In this document: positions 18,650 to 26,784 of the stretch, piece after piece
Layout: each line of letters starts with the position of its first letter
Numbering within the stretch: the stretch's first letter is position 1
DNA from: Rhodothermales bacterium
Lineage (GTDB): Bacteria; Bacteroidota; Rhodothermia; Rhodothermales; Bin80
DNA length: 64,000 bases
Reading direction: 5' to 3'
NCBI GenBank assembly: GCA_958296045.1
Contig: CATQHT010000003.1
Location: 71,246-135,245 of the forward strand
Notes under the pieces: generated by a model
What the model was told of the DNA's origin: nothing
The model's database searches: none
What the model saw: only the letters and a program-made list of their open reading frames with translations
Made by a program: the position numbers and the translations under genes

Positions 18650-19504
18650 TTGCGGGACCGCAGAGTCTTTGATGCCCATTTCCATGTGGGGGCGTTTGGC
18701 GTGCAACGCGAGTTCGGGCACCGCATTTGCCCTATTCCACCAGAGGTCGATCATCGCACGGGCGAAGATTGTGTCCGTTACCTTCAGCGTAATGGTCTGG
18801 CTGGCGGAGTGATCATCCCCACCTATCTGCGTGACCCGCTGGCGGCCTATAATTACAACCGACTGGTCCGTCGTACAGTGGCTAAGAGCGGCACCCTACT
18901 CGGGGGGCTTTGGGTATCGCCTGTCCCTGAGCCAGCCGTAGAGGCCGCTCTTGCCACCACTTTGGCCGACCTGCCCCAGCCGGGCATCCGGGCGCTGAAG
19001 ATCGCCTCCAACACATGGCTACCCTACTCCATCGATCCCGGGACTTGGAGCCAGCGCCTGCGGCGCAACATGGAGCGCATCCTAGAGGCAGCGCGAAGCC
19101 ATGCGTTGGTGGTGCATTGCCATACCGGCTACCTGTCCGGTGCCCAGCCCTTGGCGTTCGAGGCATTTATGCGGTCGTACGGCCATGCAGCTACCTACCA
19201 GTTTGTGCACATGGGAGAAGCGATCGCGCCCGTGTTCGCATTTGTGCCACGGTTCCTGCAGTGGATCGAAGGTGGTTTTCAAGTGTACACAGATGTCTCT
19301 CTTGTACCCGGGTTTGGTCCCCGATGGCTTCTTGTCGCACTGGATCGCCGCAACCTGGGGTTTGACCGCGTCCTCTTTGCAACGGATGCGCCGTGGGGGC
19401 GCTTTGCGCCCACATATGCCAAGGTACAGAGCTTGGATGTGGACCAGGAGGTGCGCGACAAGATATTTTGGAATAATGCAGCGGACCTCTACGGTCTTGT
19501 CTAA
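18650..19504 (+). CDS. amidohydrolase-2 family metal-dependent hydrolase
   Basis: 284 aa with an N-terminal VFDAHFHVG (HxH metal motif) and …VHCHTGY…FATDAPW. This is TIM-barrel amidohydrolase-like, with a TTG start. Confidence 0.75.
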   Translation: MRDRRVFDAHFHVGAFGVQREFGHRICPIPPEVDHRTGEDCVRYLQRNGLAGGVIIPTYLRDPLAAYNYNRLVRRTVAKSGTLLGGLWVSPVPEPAVEAALATTLADLPQPGIRALKIASNTWLPYSIDPGTWSQRLRRNMERILEAARSHALVVHCHTGYLSGAQPLAFEAFMRSYGHAATYQFVHMGEAIAPVFAFVPRFLQWIEGGFQVYTDVSLVPGFGPRWLLVALDRRNLGFDRVLFATDAPWGRFAPTYAKVQSLDVDQEVRDKIFWNNAADLYGLV

Positions 19505-19544
19505 TCAGTCCCCCGGCATCTGCCCGCCCCCAACTGTCTTGCGT

Positions 19545-21371
19545 ATGCGATTCCGCACCGTTCTGCTGCTGTTTCTGGCCTTACCGCTCGCAGCAAGCGC
19601 CCAGGACAGACCCACGTTTACATCCCTTCCGCTCACGTCAATGGATGCCTTCATGATGACCGGTCCGAATTGGTCGCTGGCATCGACGGTCGCAAGCGAC
19701 CGCTATGAGCAACAGCACATCAAAGCGACTCCTGGCACCGGCATTCTGGTCAATCAGCCTACTGACCAGGCGCGGCAAAACCTGTTCACACAATGGACGT
19801 ATGGCGACATTGAGTTCGAGCGCGAATTGATGATGCCGAGCGGATCGAATTCGGGCATATATCTGCAGGACCGTTATGAGGTACAACTGCTGGACTCCTG
19901 GGGAAAGCAAAGAGTGACGTTCTCCGACGGTTGAGGACTGTACGAGCGATGGGATGAGTTGCTTGGCCAAGGCTATGAAGGGCATGTGCCTCGCGTCAAT
20001 GCCAGCCGCGCTCCAGGCCTCTGGCAGACATTACATATCAGATTCTGTGCTCCCCGATTTGACGCGTCTGGGGCAAAGGTAGAGGATGCGCGGTTTGAGC
20101 TGGTGGTCCTCAACGGCGCCGTGCTACATCAGGACGTGACCGTGTCCGGTCCGACGCGTGCGGCCGCGTTTACTGACGAAGCTCCGATGGGTCCGCTCAT
20201 GATCCAGGGGGACCATGGTCCGGTAGCTTTTCGCAACGTGCGATACAAGCGCTACGATGCGCGCCGCCTGGAAACCTCTGGCGTCCGGTACCGGATAGAG
20301 GTTAGCAATCCCGGCGCGGCATCTGACAATGCGCTGTCGGTACAGGAGGGAGAGCTGCCCGCGTTGGCTGCTCATACCATACAGGAGGCGGATCCGCTCA
20401 AGATCGAGTATGCCGGCACGTTGCATGTGCCTGCTGCAGGCCTGCACAGATTCAGCGTTGCGCTGGACTGGATCACGGGTGACCCACATTTTGAGGACCA
20501 GTGCATTGGCGGGGCAGCGCTGGTGATCGATGGTACGGAGGTGCTCCGCCATGATGCCAACATGAACGAGGTGGCAAGTTCCGCGACGTTGGAGGCTGGC
20601 GCGCATCCTTTTTCTTTCACGTTCCACAAGACGGTGGGCTGGCGCCCACCTAGCGTGACGCTGATAGTGGAGGGTCCCACCAGTCCACCGCACCGGCTGA
20701 CGGCTGCGCCACCGCGGCGCACCTCACCCGTGATTATTCTGGTGGAGGCTGGCCCCAGCTCCACCATCCTGCGCGGGTTCGTTGAGCATGAGGGCATCAC
20801 CTATACGCATGCGGTGAGTGTGGCCACCCCGTCTGGTGTGCATTACAATCTGGACCTGGCGACCGGCGCGGTGCTGCACATGTGGCGCGGCCCATTTCTC
20901 AACGCTGCCGGCATGTGGCATAACCGGGGCCACGATCAGCTGGTCCAGCCCCTAGGCAGCGTGCTGACGTAGCCGCACTACACGCCATTTGTACTGCCCG
21001 AGAGCGATGACTCGCACAAGACATTGGGATATCGGCTCGATGAAAGTGAGCGCCTGGCATTTCGTTATCGCCATGGCGGCATCACGATCGAGGATCGCTG
21101 GACTACGGATCAGCAAGGACGCTACGTTTGGCGCACGGGCGATTTCAGCGCCGAGGAGCCGCTGACGGGTGATGAATCATGGGTTCGTGCGGCTCACGGC
21201 CACCAGATCCGTGAGGTGCAGGACGGCATCTTTGCAGTGGACAACTACCGGTACTACATCGAGATTCCGGGTAACTCTTTGGTGCGCACCACCAGCACGG
21301 GGGCTGAGCTGTTGATCCCCGTGGATTTCGAAGGAGGCAATGCACGCGTCACGTATGCGATCGTATGGTGA
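19545..21371 (+). pseudogene. DUF1080 (3-keto-disaccharide hydrolase-like) + PA14-like domain secreted protein, interrupted by two in-frame stop codons
   Basis: ATG at 19545 with a signal MRFRTVLLLFLALPLAASAQ. The DUF1080 motif NSGIYLQDRYEVQLLDSWG…FSDG is followed by TGA (19932-19934), and the same frame continues GLYERWDELLGQGYEGHVPRVNASRAPGLWQTLHIRFCAPRFD… (the rest of the domain). Next comes a PA14-like segment (IEYAGTLHVPAAGLHRFSV…ALVIDGTEVL…LEAGAHPFSFTF). A second in-frame TAG lies at 20970-20972 and the frame continues to 21371. No frameshift is needed. Confidence 0.7.
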
Positions 21372-21574
21372 TAACTTCTGAACTGCGACTTGTGACCTGT
21401 GCTGTTGCGCTATTTCTATTCGCGCGCGGCACGATGGTCCAGCCGACTCAGTCGGACTACTACACCATTGAATCCGTAGCCATCCCTGAGGGCATTGTCC
21501 TTGAGGTCGGAGGGCTAGCATTTCTCCCGGGGGGCGCTTTGGCGGCTGCCACACGGCGGGGTGATGTATAGATC
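21365..21574 (+). pseudogene. 5' fragment of a beta-propeller membrane-bound-dehydrogenase-domain-like gene (gene B), cut by an insertion
   Basis: The start overlaps the preceding stop (ATGGTGA). It has a signal-like N-terminus and …DYYTIESVAIPEGIVLEVGGLAFLPGGALAAATRRGDV, then runs into the inverted repeat at 21575. The frame resumes at 24380. Confidence 0.6.
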
Positions 21575-21633
21575 ATTAACGGACACTATGTAGCGCCCAG
21601 AGCCTAAGACAAATCCGCCTCCCGCGCAACCGT
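21575..21633 (+). repeat. left terminal inverted repeat of the cargo element
   Basis: attaacggacactatgtagcgcccagagcctaagacaaatccgcctcccgcgcaaccgt. It aligns with the reverse complement of 24320-24379 (7 mismatches and 1 indel by hand). Confidence 0.75.
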
Positions 21634-22029
21634 TGCGCCGCGCCGACAAACCCCGCCCCCAGCACCGCCCAGGTGGGCCATGCAGGCCCACGCAGAAGCC
21701 GCGCCACGATCGTGGCCTTTACGCTGCGCCTTGACACCTACGCGGCGTGGACCACCACCACGGAGTCGTCCATGGAACCATATGCTTACGCTTTTGGCCT
21801 TCCTTTCTGGATCCGCCAGCGTGTACTCGGACATTAACAACTGACTGATCGCTGCCTTGCGCTACGCCTGCCGCGAAGCTGGCGCTCTTCAGAGGCAGGA
21901 CCTGTCCGTGGAAGCATCCGACGGCTCCGGGAGGCTGGCCAAGAGTGACGAAGCTGGATCAGACGAAATCTTCACCTGGAACTGAAACCGGTTCCAGGAT
22001 ATTCCGTATATCCATTACGCTGAGGCTGG

Positions 22030-22335
22030 ATGCACGAGGCGCTGGACTTTGGCCGTAACCCTGTATCCGTAAACAGATGTCCTGGTGGGGGAGATGTAGA
22101 TTGCCAATGGCTTCCCCTCATTGTGTGTGCCGGTGTAGGGATCGGGGGCTGTCTGGCTTCAGGACCATTTTGCCTCCTTCTGGGCCCCGCGGCAGCCTAC
22201 ATATGTGTGTGCTCATTTTGTTCTGGTGGATGGGTAGACACGATTTGTCAAGCGGATGACCCCGGTGACGTGTGCACTGGATCAGCACTCAGGCGGACAG
22301 AGCTTCCCAAGCTGAACACAGGAGGTGAATTATGA
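22030..22335 (+). CDS. Cys/Gly-rich hydrophobic 101-aa protein, unknown family
   Basis: 12 Cys in 101 aa. It has a central hydrophobic stretch WLPLIVCAGVGIGGCLASGPFCLLLGPAAAYICVCSFCSGGW and the tail TICQADDPGDVC. Its stop overlaps the next ATG (ttATGAgc), with GGAGG 7 nt upstream of that ATG, which argues for translational coupling. Coding status is otherwise unproven. Confidence 0.4.
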   Translation: MHEALDFGRNPVSVNRCPGGGDVDCQWLPLIVCAGVGIGGCLASGPFCLLLGPAAAYICVCSFCSGGWVDTICQADDPGDVCTGSALRRTELPKLNTGGEL

Positions 22336-22637
22336 GCGCTACTGCCTTTCTCATTTTGCTGTTTTGCCTTATCCCACTGGGGCTAGCTGCGCACTACTTT
22401 GTCCCACCAGTGCACTCTCGCGTGTACTGGATTGTCACAATCATTGGAAGCCTGTTGATAATCCTGGTTGCAATCGGTAGCACACACTTGGGTGTTGAGG
22501 TTCCGTCATCATTGCCTTTGGCTTTTATGGCACTCCTTGGAGCATTTTGCTTCGGGTGGGGGATAGGGATTCCAATTCGCCGCCTTCTCGTGGACAAAAA
22601 TAAATCACCTCCATGCGGCACCAATCAGCTCAGCTGA
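22332..22637 (+). CDS. 3-TM small membrane protein (101 aa), unknown function
   Basis: MSATAFLILLFCLIPLGLAA… / VYWIVTIIGSLLIILVAIG / LPLAFMALLGAFCFGWGIGI followed by a basic tail. GC is about 48%. An SD-like ggaggtgaa lies upstream. Confidence 0.6.
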   Translation: MSATAFLILLFCLIPLGLAAHYFVPPVHSRVYWIVTIIGSLLIILVAIGSTHLGVEVPSSLPLAFMALLGAFCFGWGIGIPIRRLLVDKNKSPPCGTNQLS

Positions 22638-22726
22638 AATTCGCTCAAATAGCCGGATTTTACGCAACCTCGCCCCGGCTTCTGGGTTAGCGAGGCTCAC
22701 TCGTGGATCACCAACCTCACACTGCT

Positions 22727-23242
22727 ATGGTACAGTACTCAATCGCTGGCCTTCTGGTCATCACCCTAGTCGGTTGCTCAGACGCCGTCACCGAAAGGCC
22801 GAACATGTCGCTTACAGAAGAGGCTTTCGTTGCAGAATACCGAAGCGTCGCGAAGAAGCACATGATCCCTTATACCCCTACTACCATGACCACGCATACT
22901 GGGATGCTAGTGGGTGAAATACCCCCTGGGTGGAGGGAGGTCAGCCGCGCCTATGGTACGTTCTCGAATGGGCTGGACTTTGTGGTCGCAGGGGAAGAAT
23001 CGGGTAACTTGGCTTGGGACGTGACCCTAATTACCCCTCCCGATGCCGCCTATGGTACCGAGAAATTGCACGCAGACGAATGTTCAATCCCGTTTGATAC
23101 GCCTGTAAACAGTGAAAACGCAGATGCTTGGGCTGCGTATGGAAAGTGCGTTCTCGATCTGGTGCGTGAATGCGGCACCGTGTTTAGCCATATCGACGAA
23201 AACAACAATTGGATTACTAACTGCGCCGACCCCAATGGTTAG
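22727..23242 (+). CDS. lipoprotein with C-terminal 4-Cys module (paralog 1)
   Basis: The ATG at 22727 gives MVQYSIAGLLVITLVGCSD (lipobox LVGC). The C-terminus is ADECSIPFDTPVNSENADAWAAYGKCVLDLVRECGTVFSHIDENNNWITNCADPNG. Confidence 0.6.
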   Translation: MVQYSIAGLLVITLVGCSDAVTERPNMSLTEEAFVAEYRSVAKKHMIPYTPTTMTTHTGMLVGEIPPGWREVSRAYGTFSNGLDFVVAGEESGNLAWDVTLITPPDAAYGTEKLHADECSIPFDTPVNSENADAWAAYGKCVLDLVRECGTVFSHIDENNNWITNCADPNG

Positions 23243-23282
23243 CCGTATTCCTGTCCTAGATTCACCTGAAAACAACAGCTCG

Positions 23283-23777
23283 ATGACCTTTCGAAAACGA
23301 GTGTTACGTGCGTTCGCTATTGCCACAGTACTGGCAGTCTTCACCGGCTGCACGGACACCCCTCTAACAGAAAAAAGCAGTCAGGATCCCCTGATCGGAG
23401 AGGTGCATTCCATAGCTCAGCAGTGGCTGTCGCCTGACCCCGAAAATACGGCTATGATCTCTGGGTCGTTAACGGCAGCGCACAAAGCAGCAGCAATCCA
23501 TACCGGTACGCTAAGTACTGGACGTGAGTATGCCATACTCACGGGAGATGCCGTAGTTAAGTTAAAGATTCAGGGGCGGCACGGAGACAAACCGCTTGTA
23601 GATACGTGCAGAATCAAGGCAGATACCCCGACCACCGGAGTTTTTAACATGCTGGCGTGGCGGCGGTATATCAACTGCTGCAAGGATCTGCACACGCAGA
23701 ATGGATGCGGGTACATTATGACCTACATATCCACTGTAAACAACACCGATTACCTTACCACCCAGTGTGTCGTATGA
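23283..23777 (+). CDS. lipoprotein with C-terminal Cys module (paralog 2)
   Basis: The ATG at 23283 gives MTFRKRVLRAFAIATVLAVFTGCTD (lipobox). The C-terminus is VDTCRIKADTPTTGVFNMLAWRRYINCCKDLHTQNGCGYIMTYISTVNNTDYLTTQCVV, colinear with paralog 1. Confidence 0.6.
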   Translation: MTFRKRVLRAFAIATVLAVFTGCTDTPLTEKSSQDPLIGEVHSIAQQWLSPDPENTAMISGSLTAAHKAAAIHTGTLSTGREYAILTGDAVVKLKIQGRHGDKPLVDTCRIKADTPTTGVFNMLAWRRYINCCKDLHTQNGCGYIMTYISTVNNTDYLTTQCVV

Positions 23778-23815
23778 CATCTTATTCGCCGGTGGGAGGT
23801 CGTGGACAGCCATTG

Positions 23816-24041
23816 GGAGGGATAGCGGTTGTGCCTGCGTGAAGCTCGACGCGACAATCACCGTCTCACTGTTCCGCTCAGCCAGCGGCCCGTTCAGTGC
23901 CGCGCAGGCGACAGCAGCCAGAAAGCACGTCTTCCCGCTGCCCCCGGGTATGGCTATCGGCCTGACGGGTACCGAGTGACCTGCAACGCTTCGTTCGCAA
24001 CGTAATTCGCGTCCAGCGCCACCTGGTACGCCTGCCTGCAA
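23816..24041 (-). pseudogene. relic of a P-loop (AAA_25/RepA-like) ATPase gene
   Basis: The minus-strand ORF contains …VRPIAIPGGSGKTCFLAAVACAALNGPLAERNSETVIVASSF, a Walker A plus the following strand that resembles the N-terminus of RepA/AAA_25 proteins of integrative elements. It is truncated where it overlaps the lipoprotein gene. Confidence 0.3.
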
Positions 24042-24075
24042 AGCACCGCCAGGTCGCGATGGATCGTCTGGTCCG

Positions 24076-24309
24076 CTAGGACCGACAGCAGGTATACACA
24101 GGTATACGTTGCCGGGCGCGCGTCGCGGATCGTGGGCCTTCGCCGCGTCTAGCGAGGCTGTGCGCGGCGCCGATACGTCCGCTGTGTCTGGAGAAGGCGC
24201 CGTCGAGTCCGGCGGCTTGGGCGGCGGCTTGGATGCGTAGGGCGATTTGTCTGGGGCCCAGTCCGAAGAGGGCCGCCTGGGGGTCGCCGATGGCGGGTTC
24301 GATGGCCAT
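24076..24309 (-). pseudogene. tyrosine recombinase (phage integrase family) C-terminal relic
   Basis: …IALRIQAAAQAAGLDGAFSRHSGRIGAAHSLARRGEG… matches the box II region (fsgHSlRvGaAqdLa.aG). The catalytic-Tyr segment is missing or frameshifted. It lies just inside the right IR. Confidence 0.45.
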
Positions 24310-24319
24310 GAGCGCCTGT

Positions 24320-24379
24320 ACGGTAGCGCGGGAAGGCAGATTTCTCTTAAGCTCTGGCTGCTACATAGTGTCTGTTAAT
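24320..24379 (-). repeat. right terminal inverted repeat of the cargo element
   Basis: The reverse complement reads attaacagacactatgtagcagccagagcttaagagaaatctgccttcccgcgctaccgt. Confidence 0.75.
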
Positions 24380-25330
24380 TGCCATTGAGAACCCTTCAGC
24401 ACGTGCTGGCGTGCCGCACTTCAGGCGCTTCGCCCATGGGCTCCATGAGGCGTTGGGATTGGCTTTCCATGACGGTGCATTGTTTGCTGCCCAGCGCAGT
24501 GAGTTGACCCGGCATACGGACCATGATGGCGACGGCGCTGCGGATGCCTATGATACTGTCCACTCATGGCCGTTGGAGAGCAACTACCATGAGTATTCCT
24601 ACGGCCCTCTGATTCGATCCGACAGATCCATGGTGCTGGCACTCAACCTAGCTTGGATCGGATACGGGGCCAGCCTCTCTCCATGGCGCGGATGGATGCT
24701 AGCGGTGACCCCTGACGGCTCCATGAAGCCGATAGCTACAGGAATGCGGTCACCGGCAGGCATGGGCACCAACACGGAGGGAGACCTTTTCTTTGCCGAA
24801 AACCAGGGCGACTGGGTCGGCTCCGGCTGTATCACGCACGTCGAAGAGGGAGACTTTGCTGGCAACCCGGCTGAGCTACGGTGGAACGACCATCCTGACG
24901 CGCCCCTATTTCTTCACCCCGAAGATGTCCCCGACACCGGCGCACCGTTGTTTGAAGTTGCCGAATAGGTTGAGGGACTTAAGCCACCTGCCGTGTGGAT
25001 GCCGCACGGCATTATGGGGATTTCCACTTCGGACATAGTGCCTGACTCGACCGGAGGCCAGTTCGGGCCCTTTGCTGGGCAGCTACTCGTAGGCGACCAG
25101 GGCCACAGCAAGATCACGCGCGTCTTTCTTGAACGCATTGAGGGGGTGTACCAGGGAGCTGCCTTTCCTTTTCTGGAGGGCTTCAGCTCGGGAGTGCTTC
25201 GTATGGCATGGGCTCGAGACGGCGCGCTGTTTGTTGGCATGACGAGTCGCGGCTGGGCCTCCACCGGGCGGGCCCCTTTTGGACTCCAGCGTGCCACATG
25301 GACGGGAGCATTGCCGTTCGAGGTCAGCCA
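24380..25330 (+). pseudogene. 3' continuation of gene B (beta-propeller dehydrogenase-domain-like), with an in-frame TAG and loss of its C-terminus
   Basis: The frame resumes immediately after the IR: AIENPSARAGVPHFRRFAHGLHEALGLAFHDGALFAAQRSELTR…DGDGAADAY…GMRSPAGMGTNTEGDLFFAENQGDWVGS… An in-frame TAG lies at 24966-24968, and the frame continues VEGLKPPAVWMPHGIMGIS…FGPFAGQLLVGDQGHSKITRVFLERIEGVYQGAAFPF…GWASTGRAPFGLQRATWTGALPFEV. No heme-binding or other C-terminal part follows. Confidence 0.6.
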
Positions 25331-25378
25331 AGTGCAGTCCCATCTCGGCAGCAATCGCCGAAACCCAACTACGAATGG

Positions 25379-25796
25379 TGCAATCCCCTGGACGTGGTGG
25401 GTGATGTCGGAAAACCTGCCCTCTAGTAAGAATCGGGTGACTGCATCGAGCTCTGGCCACATTACCGTGCGGTGGCGACCGAACAACTTGGTTACGCACC
25501 AGCGACAGCTGCGGCAGACCAAACGAATTATGCGGCGAGCCGGCTATCAGCTGACAATTACTGAGACCATGGGGATTGCCACCAACTCGCATCAGTGTGG
25601 CACGCTCCGCATGGGCCAAGACCCAGCCGAAATCGTAGTGAACCCGTGGTGCCGTACCCATGATGTTGCTAACTTATATGTAGTGGATGCTTCCATATTC
25701 CCCTCATCTGCGGCCATGAACCCTGCGTTGACCATAGCCGCGCAGGCTTTGAAGTTCGCCGACCACCTCAAACAGCAGAACCACCTTTTTCAATGA
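25379..25796 (+). pseudogene. GMC-family oxidoreductase C-terminal fragment fused in frame to the gene B remnant
   Basis: …WTWWVMSENLPSSKNRVTASSSGHITVRWRPNNLVTHQRQLRQTKRIMRRAGYQLTITETMGIATNSHQCGTLRMGQDPAEIVVNPWCRTHDVANLYVVDASIFPSSAAMNPALTIAAQALKFADHL is the GMC_oxred_C end. The FAD-binding N-terminal ~400 aa are absent. The junction lies between about 25326 and 25378. Confidence 0.6.
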
Positions 25797-26272
25797 CCAA
25801 GATCAGACTCATTCAGGGTGCACTCCTGATTTCGCTTGCCCCCGTATTGGCGTGCGCCTCGTGGGGCCAGACCAAGAACGGCGTGATCGAAGTGCTCGAC
25901 GATTTTCATGTGGCGGCTTCTGAAGCAGACAGTGCCCGTTACTTTGCTCACTTTGCCGAGCAGGCCATCTTTTTCGGCACGGACATCGCTGAGCGCTGGA
26001 GCCTGGAGGAATTTCAAGCTTACGCGGGACCATATTTCCGAGCGGGACGTGGGTGGACCTACGTGCCGCAGCAGCGCGCGGTATTTCTTAATGGCGATAC
26101 GGCTTGGTTTGATGAGACCCTGAAAAATGAGAATTTTGGACTGACGCGAGGCACCGGAGTGCTGACTTGGGATGGCAGCCATTGGAAGCTTACCCAGTAC
26201 CATCTGACGCTACCCGTTCCCAATGATCTGATAAATCAGCTGGTCGATTTGATCAATGCGATGGAGGAATAG
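25793..26272 (+). CDS. secreted SnoaL/NTF2-like (DUF4440-type) protein
   Basis: 159 aa with an ATGA overlap with the GMC tail stop and a signal MTKIRLIQGALLISLAPVLACASWG. It has the …VLDDFHVAASEADSARYFAHFAEQAIFFGTD..ERWSLEEF… pattern of NTF2-like proteins. Confidence 0.65.
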   Translation: MTKIRLIQGALLISLAPVLACASWGQTKNGVIEVLDDFHVAASEADSARYFAHFAEQAIFFGTDIAERWSLEEFQAYAGPYFRAGRGWTYVPQQRAVFLNGDTAWFDETLKNENFGLTRGTGVLTWDGSHWKLTQYHLTLPVPNDLINQLVDLINAMEE

Positions 26273-26784
26273 CTGGATGTCCTCGGCCTGTCTGCGCCTG
26301 AGCTAGGCGATTGCTCGCTGCTGCAACCAGCAGGTGTCGTCTCGTGGTATCGGTGTGCCAGCCACGAGTGCGGCATAGTCCTCAACGTACAGCTGAATTC
26401 TCCATTCTGATACGGCGCGTCCAGACAGTCTCTTGCGTAGTGACAGCACCCCGGGATGGTGCTTGTTGTTCGGGCATCGGCTGCAGTTACGGCGATATTG
26501 TTAACGGAAGCATATCGGTGACACATTGGAATAGTACTCTCCTTGAATGTTGACACGATGTGACTGGGAACTATCCTTACATCCATGCCGACTTGATTGC
26601 CGCTTACATCGGTGCAGGTTAACTGCCGCAGTGGCGCAGACTGCCGTGGCGTCCTGCTCTTGAAACGGTCCGCCTCGATGCTGCCCTGTTTCGATAGCAA
26701 TTGACGCAGGGATGTTAGCACTCATGGATTTGTTGTGGGCTGCTGACTTCCAGCAGCTGTGTTAGACCAATACCCTTCACCACC

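Larger units (their letters stand above)
21575..24379. mobile_element. 2805-bp inverted-repeat-bounded cargo element without an intact transposase
   Basis: Terminal IRs are attaacggacactatgtag / ctacatagtgtctgttaat (18/19), extending to about 58 nt at about 86% identity. It interrupts gene B cleanly. It contains recombinase and P-loop relics plus four lower-GC cargo genes. No TSD was seen. Confidence 0.7.

Noticed and set aside
19101-19544. N-terminal 148-aa extension of the DUF1080 ORF
   Set aside because: It overlaps the amidohydrolase gene in another frame. A proper signal peptide begins at the internal ATG at 19545.
19932-19934. In-frame TGA in the DUF1080 domain as a possible selenocysteine codon
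   Set aside because: I could not fold a SECIS-like hairpin in the 50 nt downstream; only the zero-loop palindrome cttggccaag is present. The aligned position is not a conserved Cys as far as I recall. Neighbouring genes carry TAG and TAA in-frame stops as well, so plain nonsense mutation is more parsimonious.
21604-21840. 78-aa minus ORF just inside the left IR of the cargo element
   Set aside because: It is Gly/Arg-rich with no motif. The region looks like a decayed recombinase-gene remnant; the plus frame shows a faint …TIVAFTLRLDTYAAW… SAM-like-domain resemblance. It is too weak to call either way.
21975-21998. 8-bp perfect hairpin cctggaac-N8-gttccagg upstream of the Cys/Gly-rich ORF
   Set aside because: It has no U-tract and no partner gene ending nearby. 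It could be a protein-binding site, but there is nothing to support a call.
26236-26721. 161-aa minus ORF in the lower-GC gap after the NTF2-like gene
   Set aside because: It is Ser/Thr/Arg-rich and overlaps the 3' end of the convergent gene. It has competing ORFs in other frames and no recognisable motif, so I left it unannotated.
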